A DNA stretch of 39,266 nucleotides from the NCBI GenBank assembly GCA_001642005.1, contig LWCA01000223.1, positions 1 through 39,266 on the forward strand, written 5' to 3'. Shown in pieces: positions 1-11,182 of this stretch (position 1 is the first letter of the stretch; each line of letters starts with the position of its first letter). A program made the position numbers and the translations under genes. Below the pieces are notes generated by a model. That model was not told the origin of the DNA. It was given only the letters and a program-made list of their open reading frames with translations, and searched no databases. The DNA comes from Intoshia linei. Lineage: Eukaryota; Animalia; Orthonectida.

Positions 1-504
1 TCTGGTAAGGTCAAAACATGGTTTGAAGAACATTCTGTTAATGTAATGAACTGGACATCGAAGTCTCCTGACCTTAACCCAATAGAAAACTTATGGGGAA
101 AGTTGGCAAGGTCCGTATACAAAAATGGCAGGCAATTTAAAAATAGGGATCAGCTGACGCAGATAATATTGACAGAATGGGAAAATATCCATAAAGATGT
201 TATTGAAAAGTTAGTATTGACAATGAAGGATAGATGCCTTGAAGTTGTGGTCAATAAAGGAGAAAAGACACATTATTAAATTTTAAATACATTATTTTAA
301 TTTGAGGTGTCCTATGTTTATTGTGCGGCTAATTAAAGATTTGTGTGATAACTTTTCATATAAAGGTGGCAGAAGAAAAATAATGGTATCAATAAGCGTA
401 CTTTTTAATTTTTTTTTAATAGAGATGAAATATTCATGAAAATTAATGTTAATAGACCAAAAAATAATATAAATTGGGGTGTCCTATATTGATTGCGCGC
501 ACTG
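1..504 (+). mobile_element. 3' part of a Tc1/Tc3-like DNA transposon (transposase C-terminus plus right IR/DR terminal repeat), cut off by the window start
   Basis: ORF 46-279 has WTSKSPDLNPIENLW, the Tc1 catalytic E motif. The element ends ...GCGCGCACTG followed by TA (505-506). An inner direct repeat GGTGTCCTATGTTTATTGTGCG (~306-327) matches the outer GGTGTCCTATATTGATTGCGCG (~478-499). Confidence 0.92.
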
Positions 505-1229
505 TATTGTATAAGGATAAAACATAATTTACTAAAAATTGGTTTATATGAATTTTTTAGATTATAATTATACATCTTTTTTGAAATAAAATAGAAAAAT
601 CACCCCAAGGGGGCGATTCGCTTAGCATTGAGAACTCTGCAGTAGGTCTACAGTAGGTACCAACAGTTGTAGAAAAGTGAAAGTTTGAAATAACGTACAA
701 GGAAGTTTTAAGTTACAGAAAACAATTAATGAAGCTGCTCATGAAGTTTAGGTATATGCCATATTTATTTTTAACATTGAGTCAATACATACATTTTTTA
801 TTATAAAACAACAAATGCAAAAATGATAAAAGCGAAATGTCACTTTTTTATATGAACAATTCAAATTATACAAACACACCCATTAAATTGTATAACGCAC
901 CGCATCTTGCGGTCTGCAATGCAGACTCTGCATGCTTTAGTTACGTTGTATTACTTTTACATTACAGTGGAATCTCGATCATACATATAGTCAATTATAC
1001 ATACAGCAAAATTGTAAATTTAACTTTAGTACATATAGATAATCACTACTTCATATTACATTTTAAGTTTAGATAATTCTGTTAAAATAAGAATTAGTAT
1101 TTTTAATAGATTATTTTATACTAAATAATGATGAAATTTTATTTTAAAACTTAATTGAGTCTAAATATTAATATTCCCTGATCCGAGTGTGTTGTGCTAC
1201 GTACAAACAACATCTATTTGCGTATATAG

Positions 1230-1461
1230 CAAGGTTCTCAACCTTTTTTCAGAAGGGCCAGATTTAACAATATAAAATAATTTAGGACCATCGCGGACCA
1301 CAATTTTTATTTTATTGATGAAAAATTTATAAAAGAGTAGTTGACAATTAATGAGAATTGACTTTTGGGAGTTTATAATTGAAATATCGGTAAATTGAAA
1401 TTATTAAAAATATTCGGGGGGCCACGAAAAATATAAAAATGGCCATATTTGAGAATCATTG
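1230..1461. mobile_element. hAT (Charlie-like) MITE
   Basis: Termini CAAGGTTCTCAA...TTGAGAATCATTG. Flanks GTATATAG and ATATTCAG (ATATACAG in the duplicate copy) form a degenerate 8-bp TSD. Confidence 0.65.
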
Positions 1462-1700
1462 ATATTCAGTAAACGATAACGGAATAATAATTTATACAAT
1501 AAGAATAAAGAAAATATAATTTATTCATATTTACATTTAAACTACAATTTTTGTATATAATTCCTGATTCCANNNNNNNNNNNNNNNTGATATACAGTAA
1601 TCGATAACGGAATAATAATTTATACAATAAGAATAAAAAAAAATATAATTTATTCATATTTACATTTAAACTACAATTTTTATATATAATTCCTGATTCC
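1460..1700. repeat. ~112-bp direct duplication flanking an N gap (probable assembly overlap artefact)
   Basis: 1460-1571 is nearly identical to 1588-1700, and the two copies are separated by the N run. Confidence 0.85.
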
Positions 1701-2141
1701 ACCTCATCAATTATTTTGATTTTATTAAACAAATTTATAGGCTTTCTCTTAATTTTTATTATCGTTAGTTTTCAAATGTGGCGCCAAATTACCTTTATTT
1801 ATCAGTTGTAATTTAAATTTGTCTTAGTTATAACAAAAATAGCATTAAATTATTGTGCAATTTGCTATATGTATAATCGAGATTCCACTGTACATGTATT
1901 TTTATCTCATTTTTAAACTTGAATATAAATTATTGATTACAATTTACTGGAATAAATTTACAATTATCATTACAATTTACAGATTCAATTTTCAAATATT
2001 TATTTAAATAAAGGTATTTATAACAAATATGACATAAATAATTAAAATTTAGTAAATACTAAAACAATGCAAAAGCATTTGGAAGATTTGTTAAAAATAC
2101 CAAATTTATCTGACAAATCTTCCGAAAATAACGTTACGATG

Positions 2142-2208
2142 TTTGGTTAAAAAAATTACTCAAAAAAACCCGTTAGAATTTGGTTAAAAAAAAATTACTC
2201 AAAAACCC
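2142..2208. repeat. Short tandem duplication (~37-bp unit)
   Basis: TTTGGTTAAAAAAA..TTACTCAAAAA..CCC occurs twice in tandem. Confidence 0.75.
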
Positions 2209-2494
2209 CTTTTTAAAAAAGTAAAGTTAATGTTTAGGAAATCGAAATTGGAAATAAGCATGCTGAAATTTAAAATAAAATGGGCGTGTTGTAAAATACT
2301 GTTCATATTTCGACTACACGCATATGTGTAGTTTTTAATATTTTAGATTTTAAAACTAAACACATAGGTGGAGTTTCGTGTCAAAGGGCTATTCTATGCA
2401 ATTAGGCAAAACCATATGACCTTGGTCAAAATAAAGTGAAATTTCATTTATCGGTCGTAAATTTTGAATATTCTAATTTAAAAATACTCTTGTT

Positions 2495-2700
2495 ATGACA
2501 AAAATAAATCAGTTAAGAGTCATTGGAATGTGATTGGCAGGAACGACGCAAACGGAAATATCTAATAATCTGAATTATTCTATAAGAGGTGTGAATAAAG
2601 TTGTAAAAAAATATGAGAAGGCGATAAGCTGACGCGTAAATATTGTTCCGGTAGATCTTGAAAATTATCTTCGCAATTATTCTCCAGAATACTGAACCCA
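2495..2700 (+). pseudogene. Decayed Tc1-family transposase N-terminus (HTH plus GRPR-like motif)
   Basis: Plus-strand translation gives MTKINQLRVIGM*LAGTTQTEISNNLNYSIRGVNKVVKKYEK, then after a frameshift KLTRKYCSGRS*KLS. This resembles the Tc1 PAI domain followed by SGRPRK. Confidence 0.6.
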
Positions 2701-3392
2701 CAAAATTTTTTTGATTTGGTAGTGGATGGTATGGGGTTGATGATTGTTGAAAACTTGCCTTATTCATAATAAATTGATTTAACATTTTATTATTGTTAGA
2801 AATTTCATCAATACTCGATGTCACAAGTGATGATGTCATTTTGGAAATATTTTCACTTATTAACAATAATCAAAATAAAGCTATTTATGAAGACGTTGTA
2901 AAATCAACGTTTGATAGTTCCATAATTACAAATGGGAATGGTATCCTATGAATTTGTCAATTAAATAAAATTTTAACTTGTTTATCCATCCATTGAATTA
3001 TAATTTCGCATCTACTGTATAATTAATTAACTATAGACTGACAATCTAGTATTTATGCAAATATCAGGACTATTAAAAAGCCAAACAAAAAGAATCAATA
3101 ATAACGTAATTATTTAAAATCGGATAAAACATAGTATTGATGAGGGAGTGGCATGGTTTGGTTTAGTTTATATATAGGTTCATTTTTGATAATCTAAAAA
3201 TCCAAATAAAAGTTATAATTCCAGCAACTATAGTATCTATACAATTTCTGAGCTCGTATATTTGTTTTATGTATCTTTAGTTTGTTTGTTAATCAAATAA
3301 CCAGTCGTATTTTTATTAAATATTTGTTAAAGGTTTTCTTTACTTTTTTTAAAATTAAAATATTTTAGTCAGTAGTTCTAGAATTTGACTGT

Positions 3393-4813
3393 ATGATGGA
3401 TTCTACAAATACCACCCAAGAAAATATTACAATGGAAAATGATTCAAATTTTTTAAACTACGTTTCCCAAATTCCGATAGTCGAATCAACATTGGTTAAG
3501 TCGCATATTTATGTAGATAAGCTGAGAGAAAAGAATATCATGACAAGATGCATGGTGAATTATGTTTCCACGTGCGCTAATTTGGCTTGTTTATCTGCTA
3601 CGCCTTTGATGTGGGCATTTAATAAACCGAGTAAGATTTTATTTGAATAAACAATAAATTTCAGTCAAAATGGTGGACCACTACGCGCTCAACTCTATTA
3701 AAGGATTGGAAAAGAAATTTCCCATTATCAAAGCTCCAACAGAAGAGGTTTGGTTTTTATGATTGTTACTTAATGTAGGTTGTAACTACGGTAAAAAATA
3801 AAATTGATGAAAAAATTACATTTGGAAAGGACAAGAGTGTCAAGGTTTACCATTACGGGAATGACAAGGTTTATAATTGTTTCGGTTGTATTAAAGGATA
3901 TTTAGTTAGTTAACGTTGCCAAATATAGTTTGGTGAAATTAGATGAAACATTGGAGAAGAGTAAACCAGTTAAGAAGACAGTGGATTACATATTGTCGTC
4001 TGCAGATAGCTATATTTCTAATAATACAATTTTGAAAGGTAAGCACCAAAAAAATTAATTATTTACGTTAGATAATGAAAATGATCTGAATGATAAGGAA
4101 TCAAAGACTACGTCTGAAATTCTTTCAAAAATAATGACTCGCATTGGAAGACGCAGTTATACGCTTGCAAATTTATCATATATGAATACATATAATATTT
4201 ATGCTCTATGCCGATATTTACTTGTTCAGGTTACATTCATTCGACAATTTTAATGCCATTTAGGCTCAAAACGTTTCTGACATGACAAAAAATAAATTAA
4301 CCGTTTCAAGCGATTATGTCAAATCAATATATGATCGCATTAAATCAGACAATTCCACATATAATTTTGAAATAAAATCGGAATTGGAAATTTTAAGGGA
4401 TGCTTCACAGGTTATTTTTATTTATTTATTTACTCATGTTTATTTCTTAGTTGTGGGTAAACAATTTGAGTGTAAATTAATGTTATTAATATCACTAATT
4501 GAATCATGTATCAAAATATGTTAAAATAATTTTTTTTCGATATTTTTAGATTTAAAATTTTATTTTCTTACATGCTACATTGCCGTGTTGTAATGCCTAT
4601 TTATTTAAAAATTATTATTTAATTTTATTAATTTATATAACTATTTTCAATGTTTAGCTTATTGAATTTCGGATAATTGATATTTGCAAGAAAATACTCA
4701 CGTATACAAATATTAATATCAAGAATGCTCAACAAGTCATTCCTAGTTCTGTGTTTGTCATTTCTCAAACAATTTCTGGTATTATTAGCAACACATATGA
4801 AAGCTTGAACGAG
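3393..4813 (+). CDS. PLIN: Perilipin (PAT-domain) family lipid-droplet protein, multi-exon; 3' end not resolved
   Basis: Exons 3393-3630, 3665-3747, 3779-3868, 3906-4038, 4072-4229, 4264-4410 and 4658-4813 join in frame over GT-AG introns (first five are 31-37 nt). The product contains FLNYVSQIPIVEST...ATPLMWAFNKPIKMVDHYALNSIKGLEKKFPIIKAPTEEV, matching the PAT pattern (V..LP.V.S ... GLD..E...P....P.E). Confidence 0.8.
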
Positions 4814-5689
4814 GTATTTATTATAAAATTTTATTCATTTATGTATTCAAGTTTAAAATGTTATTTTCATTTTTGGTGTCGATTTAAAAAACTTTTTTCC
4901 ATTTTCCTTTTTTTTTCAATCTTCAATACATGTTCAAATTTAGTTCAATGAACGAATTTAATTTTAAAATCTATTTATATTATTATTGTAATAAAAATGT
5001 ATTTATTAATAAATCTTATCAGTTATTATTGAATCTTTGATTGGGTTGATATATTTGAGTTAATATTATTTTGTATCAGGTTTTTGTTCTCAAATTATTT
5101 TTCTATGTTGTTTTTTGAAGGGTAATTTGACTCATTTAGTTATATTTTTACAGTATTGTAAGATTAAGTATTTTATAATATTAAAGATATGTTTATTAAT
5201 TGATTAGGTTCATTCTTTCAACGCAAAAAAGGTTAATGCTTTAGGGTAGATAGTGATTACATATATTTTATTTAGAGTATTATATAAACTCAGGGGTGGG
5301 CGGAATATGACCCATAGAGCATTTAATATTTCCGTTGAAATGCAGCACCAATGTTATATTTATGAATTGTCGTTTTAAAAAATTTAAGACTTAATTATCG
5401 ATTTTACTAATTTATCATATTTAATTTTTCATGAAATTTTATAAAATAAGCTATTAATTTGGAGTAGTAAACCCGGAACATGTCTCTAACTGTCTCTACG
5501 CCCTGTTTATGAAAATTATTACATTAAAAATTTTTTCAATTTAAATACTTGTAGTACATTACGTATAAGTAACGGTATGTGTGTAAACATTATATACGTT
5601 AACATTTAAAGTATTAATATTATAACATATTGTTTAATGATTCAATTTACAATGATTCACCAATTATAATTTTTGGTGTAGCATATACT

Positions 5690-5758
5690 ATATTTCCAAG
5701 TGGGACTTGGACCCACCAGTGGTCTACAGAGTCTGAGGGCCGCAGATTTAAGAAAAAT
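5690..5758 (-). repeat. Fragment of the hAT MITE family seen at 21053-21523
   Basis: CTACAGAGTCTGAGGGCCGCAGATTTAAGAAAAAT is the reverse complement (with a small indel) of ~21444-21483. Confidence 0.7.
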
Positions 5759-7200
5759 CATTAAAACTAATCATTGAAATAAACTCCATTTTTAAATACT
5801 TTTGCACATCTAATTGTTTTTTTATGGACAAATTTTTAAAAAACATAAGGAAGGATTATGACAGTTTTTCCGTCTCGATAAATAATGAATTGCAATCTCA
5901 GAAATTTACATTATCAGAGTGAAACGCATATTACGATTTCATTTGTCAATATTTCGTAAATTATTACATTAAAATTCAAATGAAAATTAAACATCGGATC
6001 ATTTTATCTAGTTTATTTATTGAATATCCATTTTAAACTTATTTATTGAGAATTCAAAATTCTATGTCTTCAATTAAAATTTATAATATTTCAATTTTAA
6101 ATTAAATCGTAATCCACTATTACCTTGGCCGCGATTATTACACACATAATTCATTGTAAATACTATATTCAAATATTTATGTAACTATCGATTTTCAAAT
6201 TTAATTTAAATCTAAATTTACTGTATTTAAATTTTTCATCACTCTATTTACTCAACTATACAAATATAGATATTATAATGTTATAAGTTGTTATATGTAT
6301 AGTTACATATAATAAAATTAATAAACAACTAAATTCCCAAATTAGACGAATTTATTATGCCTCAAAAATGGAATTGGCTGAACTTGCGTAATTAAGTAAC
6401 TAGCAACATTTGATCGTAGTACACAAATATATTTTGGATATGTTGTTATTGTACATTGTGCAATGTACAATGTTAATTGTCCACATTCAGATGAGTGCGT
6501 TGTAGAATAAAATTTTTGATGTTAATATTTACATTGTCATTAACCAAATATAGTAAATTCTTTCCACTGTAACATTGTATGAAATTACAAATATAAATAG
6601 ATAACGGACCCTATAATAATCGTAGTTTTTGTTAAATTAATAATATTCAAAATGTGAAATATAGTCCCTCCCAGCAATTTTGCAATTGATATAAGCCTAT
6701 CTAAATCAACAGATAAATTTCTGAATTTTTTATATATGATACATATTCGCAAGACCCGTCATTGGAAAAAAAATTAGAAAAATAAATCTAATTTATTATT
6801 GAAATTTTAAAGTGTTGATTATTTTCAAATAAACTATAATCAGGAAACGATATGAGGAAAGTATCAATAGTATACAATTGTATTTTATTATTGTAATAAA
6901 TATTCATTATCGAACTACATTATTTTATTACATGTACTACTGTATCTTAATTATATCTTCTGATGGAAAGTAGAAAAGTGTTAGACTAAAAAAATTTCAA
7001 AAACTCATATGGGTTGAATTGAATAATTAACAAAAAATTGTGGATTAAATATTAAAATTTATTAGAGTGAATCAATATTGATTCTGACGTTAGTTAAATT
7101 GGAATAGCTTTAAAATGGAATTTAAAATGATTTTATCATTTATCAACAAACTGAATGACTAAATGTTCTAAAATTTTAAAATCTAAAATGTATTTTTACC

Positions 7201-8554
7201 GCGACACTTGAATAGGGACAATTATTTTAAATATTAATAATTAACAGATAAACAAAGGGTCGAGGAAAAAGACTAACCAAATTTGAAATGGGTAAAGCTG
7301 ACTGAGTCTCCTCGCAACTAAAAAAAGTATTAGGTATATTGCATCTATATTAAATAGGAGTGAATCCGTAATTGTTAACTACTCAAAATCTACCTACGGC
7401 AAAAATAATAAAAGTAGGACAAAAATAACAATCGGTAAGATTGATGTTCTACGATTGTTACGCCATAATAGTAACAATGAAGGTGAATCAGCGGCACAAT
7501 TAAAGAAAAATATGAATTTAATAGCATCAAAAAGAACAATCCAACGTGATTTGAAAAAAAATGGTAGAATTTACCAAAAAAAAGTTTCGCCTAGGTTACT
7601 AAAACGCCATAAACTGTGCCGATTAAATTTTACTAAAAAATATCACATATGGCGAGAGGTATAGAGAAATGTCATCTTTTCTGATGAAAAGAAATTTAAT
7701 CTGGATGGTCCTGATGTATTTCAGTATTATTGCATGATATTAAAAAGGATGATTCATTGTTTTCTTCTTGTGCACATGGAAGAGGTTCAATAATGGTATG
7801 GGGCGCATTCGGTTATAACGGAAAGCTAAATTTAGAAGTAATTAATGGACGTTTAGTATCAAATGGATACATAAAAATGTTAAAAATATCGAATCTTAAA
7901 CATCGGTTCTACAATTGGAGGATCAAGTTGGATATTTCAGCAAGATAACGCACCAATACACATCTCCAAAATATATAAAAGTTGGTTTGAAAATAATGAC
8001 TTAAATTTTTATAAATTGGTTTTCTTTATCTCCAGACCTAAACCCTATAAAGAATATATGGAGCAATCTTGCACGTCAGATTTATAAACATGGAAAACAA
8101 TATGATTCCATACAAGACCTGAAAATAGGTATCATTTCTGCATGGAATGAAATGTTTTTCAAATAGTGTGAACTCTATGCCTAACAGAATGTTTGAACTA
8201 GCAAAATCCAATGGGGAAAAAATACCATATTAAAGATTTTCTTAATTAAAAATTTTAGTGAACCACATTGTTGGCAAAAACCATCCAGTTAAATTTCAGT
8301 TTGTAAAATTAAATATTTTTATACTTATTAACTGTTTTTATTTTTGTCCCTATTCAAGTGTCGCAATAAAAATAGACTTATTTTCATTTTTCTTAATTTT
8401 CATCAAATTCGAATTAGCTAATTAATACATAATTTTTCAATGATATTTATTAATTGCTAATTCACACTTTCTATATCATTTTTATATTTTAAAAGTCGGC
8501 TAAATTACAGTTAATCCACTTAACATTTTGTCTCTATTCAAGTGACGCGCACTG
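7201..8554 (+). mobile_element. Tc3-like Tc1 transposon with an inactivated transposase (~7257-8233)
   Basis: Motifs GRGKRLTKFE, VIFSDEKKFNLDGPD, GSIMVWGAF, FQQDNAPIH and SPDLNPI are present but broken by stops and frameshifts. GCGACACTTGAATAGGGACA (7201-7220) is the inverse of 8345-8364. The right end reads ...GACGCGCACTG|TA. The outer left repeat is only weakly visible near 7015-7050. Confidence 0.93.
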
Positions 8555-10244
8555 TATACAATATTAACATGATAAATAAAATAATTAATAATTAATTTAT
8601 TGTATTTATTTACGTTACGTTAATAATAAAAACCTGTTAGTGTCCTTAAAATATATTTTGTTATAACGCGTTCCCTATCTACACCTAGATTTTTATATTT
8701 TGCAATAGTAAGTCATGCACTACTTAAAATCTGAAAGTCTTGACGATAAAACAATTATGATCAAAAATTCTGTATTCCCATTGAGCAATAAACGCACAAT
8801 TAATGTTTTGTATATAATGTATAGATAGTTACAAATTGTAACTTACAATTTACATTGTGCCATATTTAATACTTTGTACGTCAAATTAAATTAGAGCAGT
8901 CTACTATAATGAGAACCCTCTTCAATTACTACTTTTTTCCAAATTAAGTGTTTGAAAAATTATATTTTTGAAAATTTCTTATGCGTCAAATTTAAACTGT
9001 CCAGTTCAAACCCTAAATTTTTATAAAACAAATTCTTGGATAGTTTTTAAAATTATAAGCATTATTATAAATCGCAACCTAAAAAAAGTGCATTTTCACT
9101 ATCAAAACCAGATTATCTTTTTTTAAAAAATGAAAATAGTCTTAGAATTTTAAAAAAATTTTTTTTAATTGTAGGACCGTTAAATAATTCAAATGTTTTG
9201 TTTTAATTTTAATAAAATAGTTTCGAAATAAAATAAAATTAATAATATAGTGTTTTTTTGAACTTCACTCACTTGTCACATTAAAAATTTCTGTGTGAGT
9301 TAACTGGAGATAGCTGTATAAGCTGTAGTGTTTTTTAAATTTTAGATTTTTGTTTTATTAAAAAAATAAATCTGTGATTTTATTGACAATTTTGTAGGTA
9401 CAAAAATTTTATTTATTTTGTAGTATAGAGTATAAATAATGAACTATATCATATTTCTTTTATATTGCCAGGGTTGTTGAAGTCAATCAAATTTTAAAAA
9501 AAATATATAACTTATGAAATCAAGTATAATAAAAAATAATAAAATAAGCGAAGAAGCAATCTGAAAACAAGTATTTAGCGTTCAAAAAGTTAATTTTTAT
9601 TATTTATTGATAAGTTTATTAAATTTTTACTTATATCCACGATCGTTTACTATGCAAATAAGTAGCGGAAAAAATTTTATGAGTAACATTTAAAGTTGCA
9701 TTTAAAAGTCACGTGTTTATTGAAATAATTAGTTTTTAATTGTAAAAATTATTGACAAAACGTAAATATTGATTATCTCTAACCCTTGCCAATTTTCATT
9801 TCAAACCATTGAAATCTTATTGCTTTTCATGAGCAGTTATTTTTAAACATGGCCTTATAAATTGTTTTTATTTATATTTGTTACTTATACCAAGGTATTA
9901 CTGTATCACTAAAATTAAAAATTAGAAAATTTCTATGAAAACTGAAACTACCATACCCCATTTTTTGAGACGTCGACGGAATTATTGTAACATAAGATCT
10001 CCTTTTTCCAAAATAATCATTAAAATTATATTTTTCAATGTCTAACTACAATCTAATTTGTATGTGATTAAAATGTCCATTTTATTAAAGGAAGAAAGCT
10101 CGATACGTAAGAGAAATTTGTTAAATTCCAAAGATTCTGTTAAATGGGATATTTATTATATTATATTATAAATTATTATAATGCATAAAAGTACATTTTT
10201 TGCTTGTTTTCAATTATTATTAAATATAGTATAATTAACACTAA

Positions 10245-10301
10245 AGGTCCGTGCTAAATGTTTTTGGGGTCGCGATGGTTAAAAAAGGTTGAGAATCCCT
10301 G
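10245..10301. mobile_element. hAT MITE right terminus
   Basis: GGGGTCGCG...AAAAAAGGTTGAGAATCCCTG followed by CTCTAAAT, a Charlie-type target. The left end was not identified. Confidence 0.5.
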
Positions 10302-10718
10302 CTCTAAATAATACTCGCTCAGAAAAGTTACATACAATTAATAATTTATTTTACTATAAATATAAATATCAGTTAAATTCATATTCTGAACCAATATTTA
10401 TTTTTACAATGCATGTTCATAATTGAAAGCAATGAAAAAGAGAATGACCATGGGTAAGCCGACAAAGCCTTTCAGGCCTTAACAAAAACTTTCTACTTAT
10501 TTTAATAATTATCAAATGCTGGGAGTACTATGACTCGATCCATACGTAATACTATTTATGGGTTAATTTGTATTATTTAACCAAATCAGCTCCTAATTAT
10601 ACGACAAACCCCAACTTTTGACACTAAAGAAGGTTACGCGAAATTTAATTTGGGTTATTGTAATACTTTAGAAATTAATTTAGAAAATTAAATTAGATAC
10701 AAATAATTATAAATTTAG

Positions 10719-11030
10719 ATAAATTCTCCTTGCAAAGAAAGGAATACTGTCGTCATCAATAAAATTATGCGAAGCATGTATTTATTGGAAGAGTTGACGG
10801 CAAAATTTGTTGATTACATCACTGCCATCGAAAATAACTCTAAAGAAGAGCATATATCAGACAACACAATATCACCAGACAATGTTATTGCCAAAATTGA
10901 AACTTTGACCGAATCAAAGTTTGAACAAGAAGCGAGAGATGAAATTACTGATTTTACTAATATGAATATATCCACTTCAACCGAAATTTGTAAAGAAATT
11001 GAAATTCCCTCACTAATTACTAAAACCTAA
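10719..11030 (+). CDS. Probable terminal exon of an unknown (orphan) protein
   Basis: A TTTAG acceptor at 10718 is followed by a stop-free frame of ~103 codons (INSPCKERNTVVINKIMRSMYLLEELTAKFVDY...) with raised GC and an AATAAA shortly after the stop. Upstream exons could not be joined in frame. Confidence 0.45.
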   Translation: MNSPCKERNTVVINKIMRSMYLLEELTAKFVDYITAIENNSKEEHISDNTISPDNVIAKIETLTESKFEQEARDEITDFTNMNISTSTEICKEIEIPSLITKT

Positions 11031-11182
11031 ACTAAAACCTTACTAAAACGTTTATATTTACTAATAAACGTATTTATTTGTAAATTGATATAACATAATG
11101 GTTACTATTTGATTATCTTTTACTTCATTTTTTGTTTACATATTTTTGAATTGTACATTGATTCATATTTTATTTTTTGACC

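Noticed and set aside
837-1076. 79-aa plus-strand ORF
   Set aside because: AT-biased composition, no recognisable motif and no supporting exon chain.
1466-1732. Minus ORF with an internal protein repeat
   Set aside because: It spans an N gap, and the repeat comes from a probable assembly duplication.
2513-2866. 117-aa minus ORF
   Set aside because: Largely the antisense shadow of the plus-strand Tc1 remnant; it has a non-ATG start and no homology I recognise.
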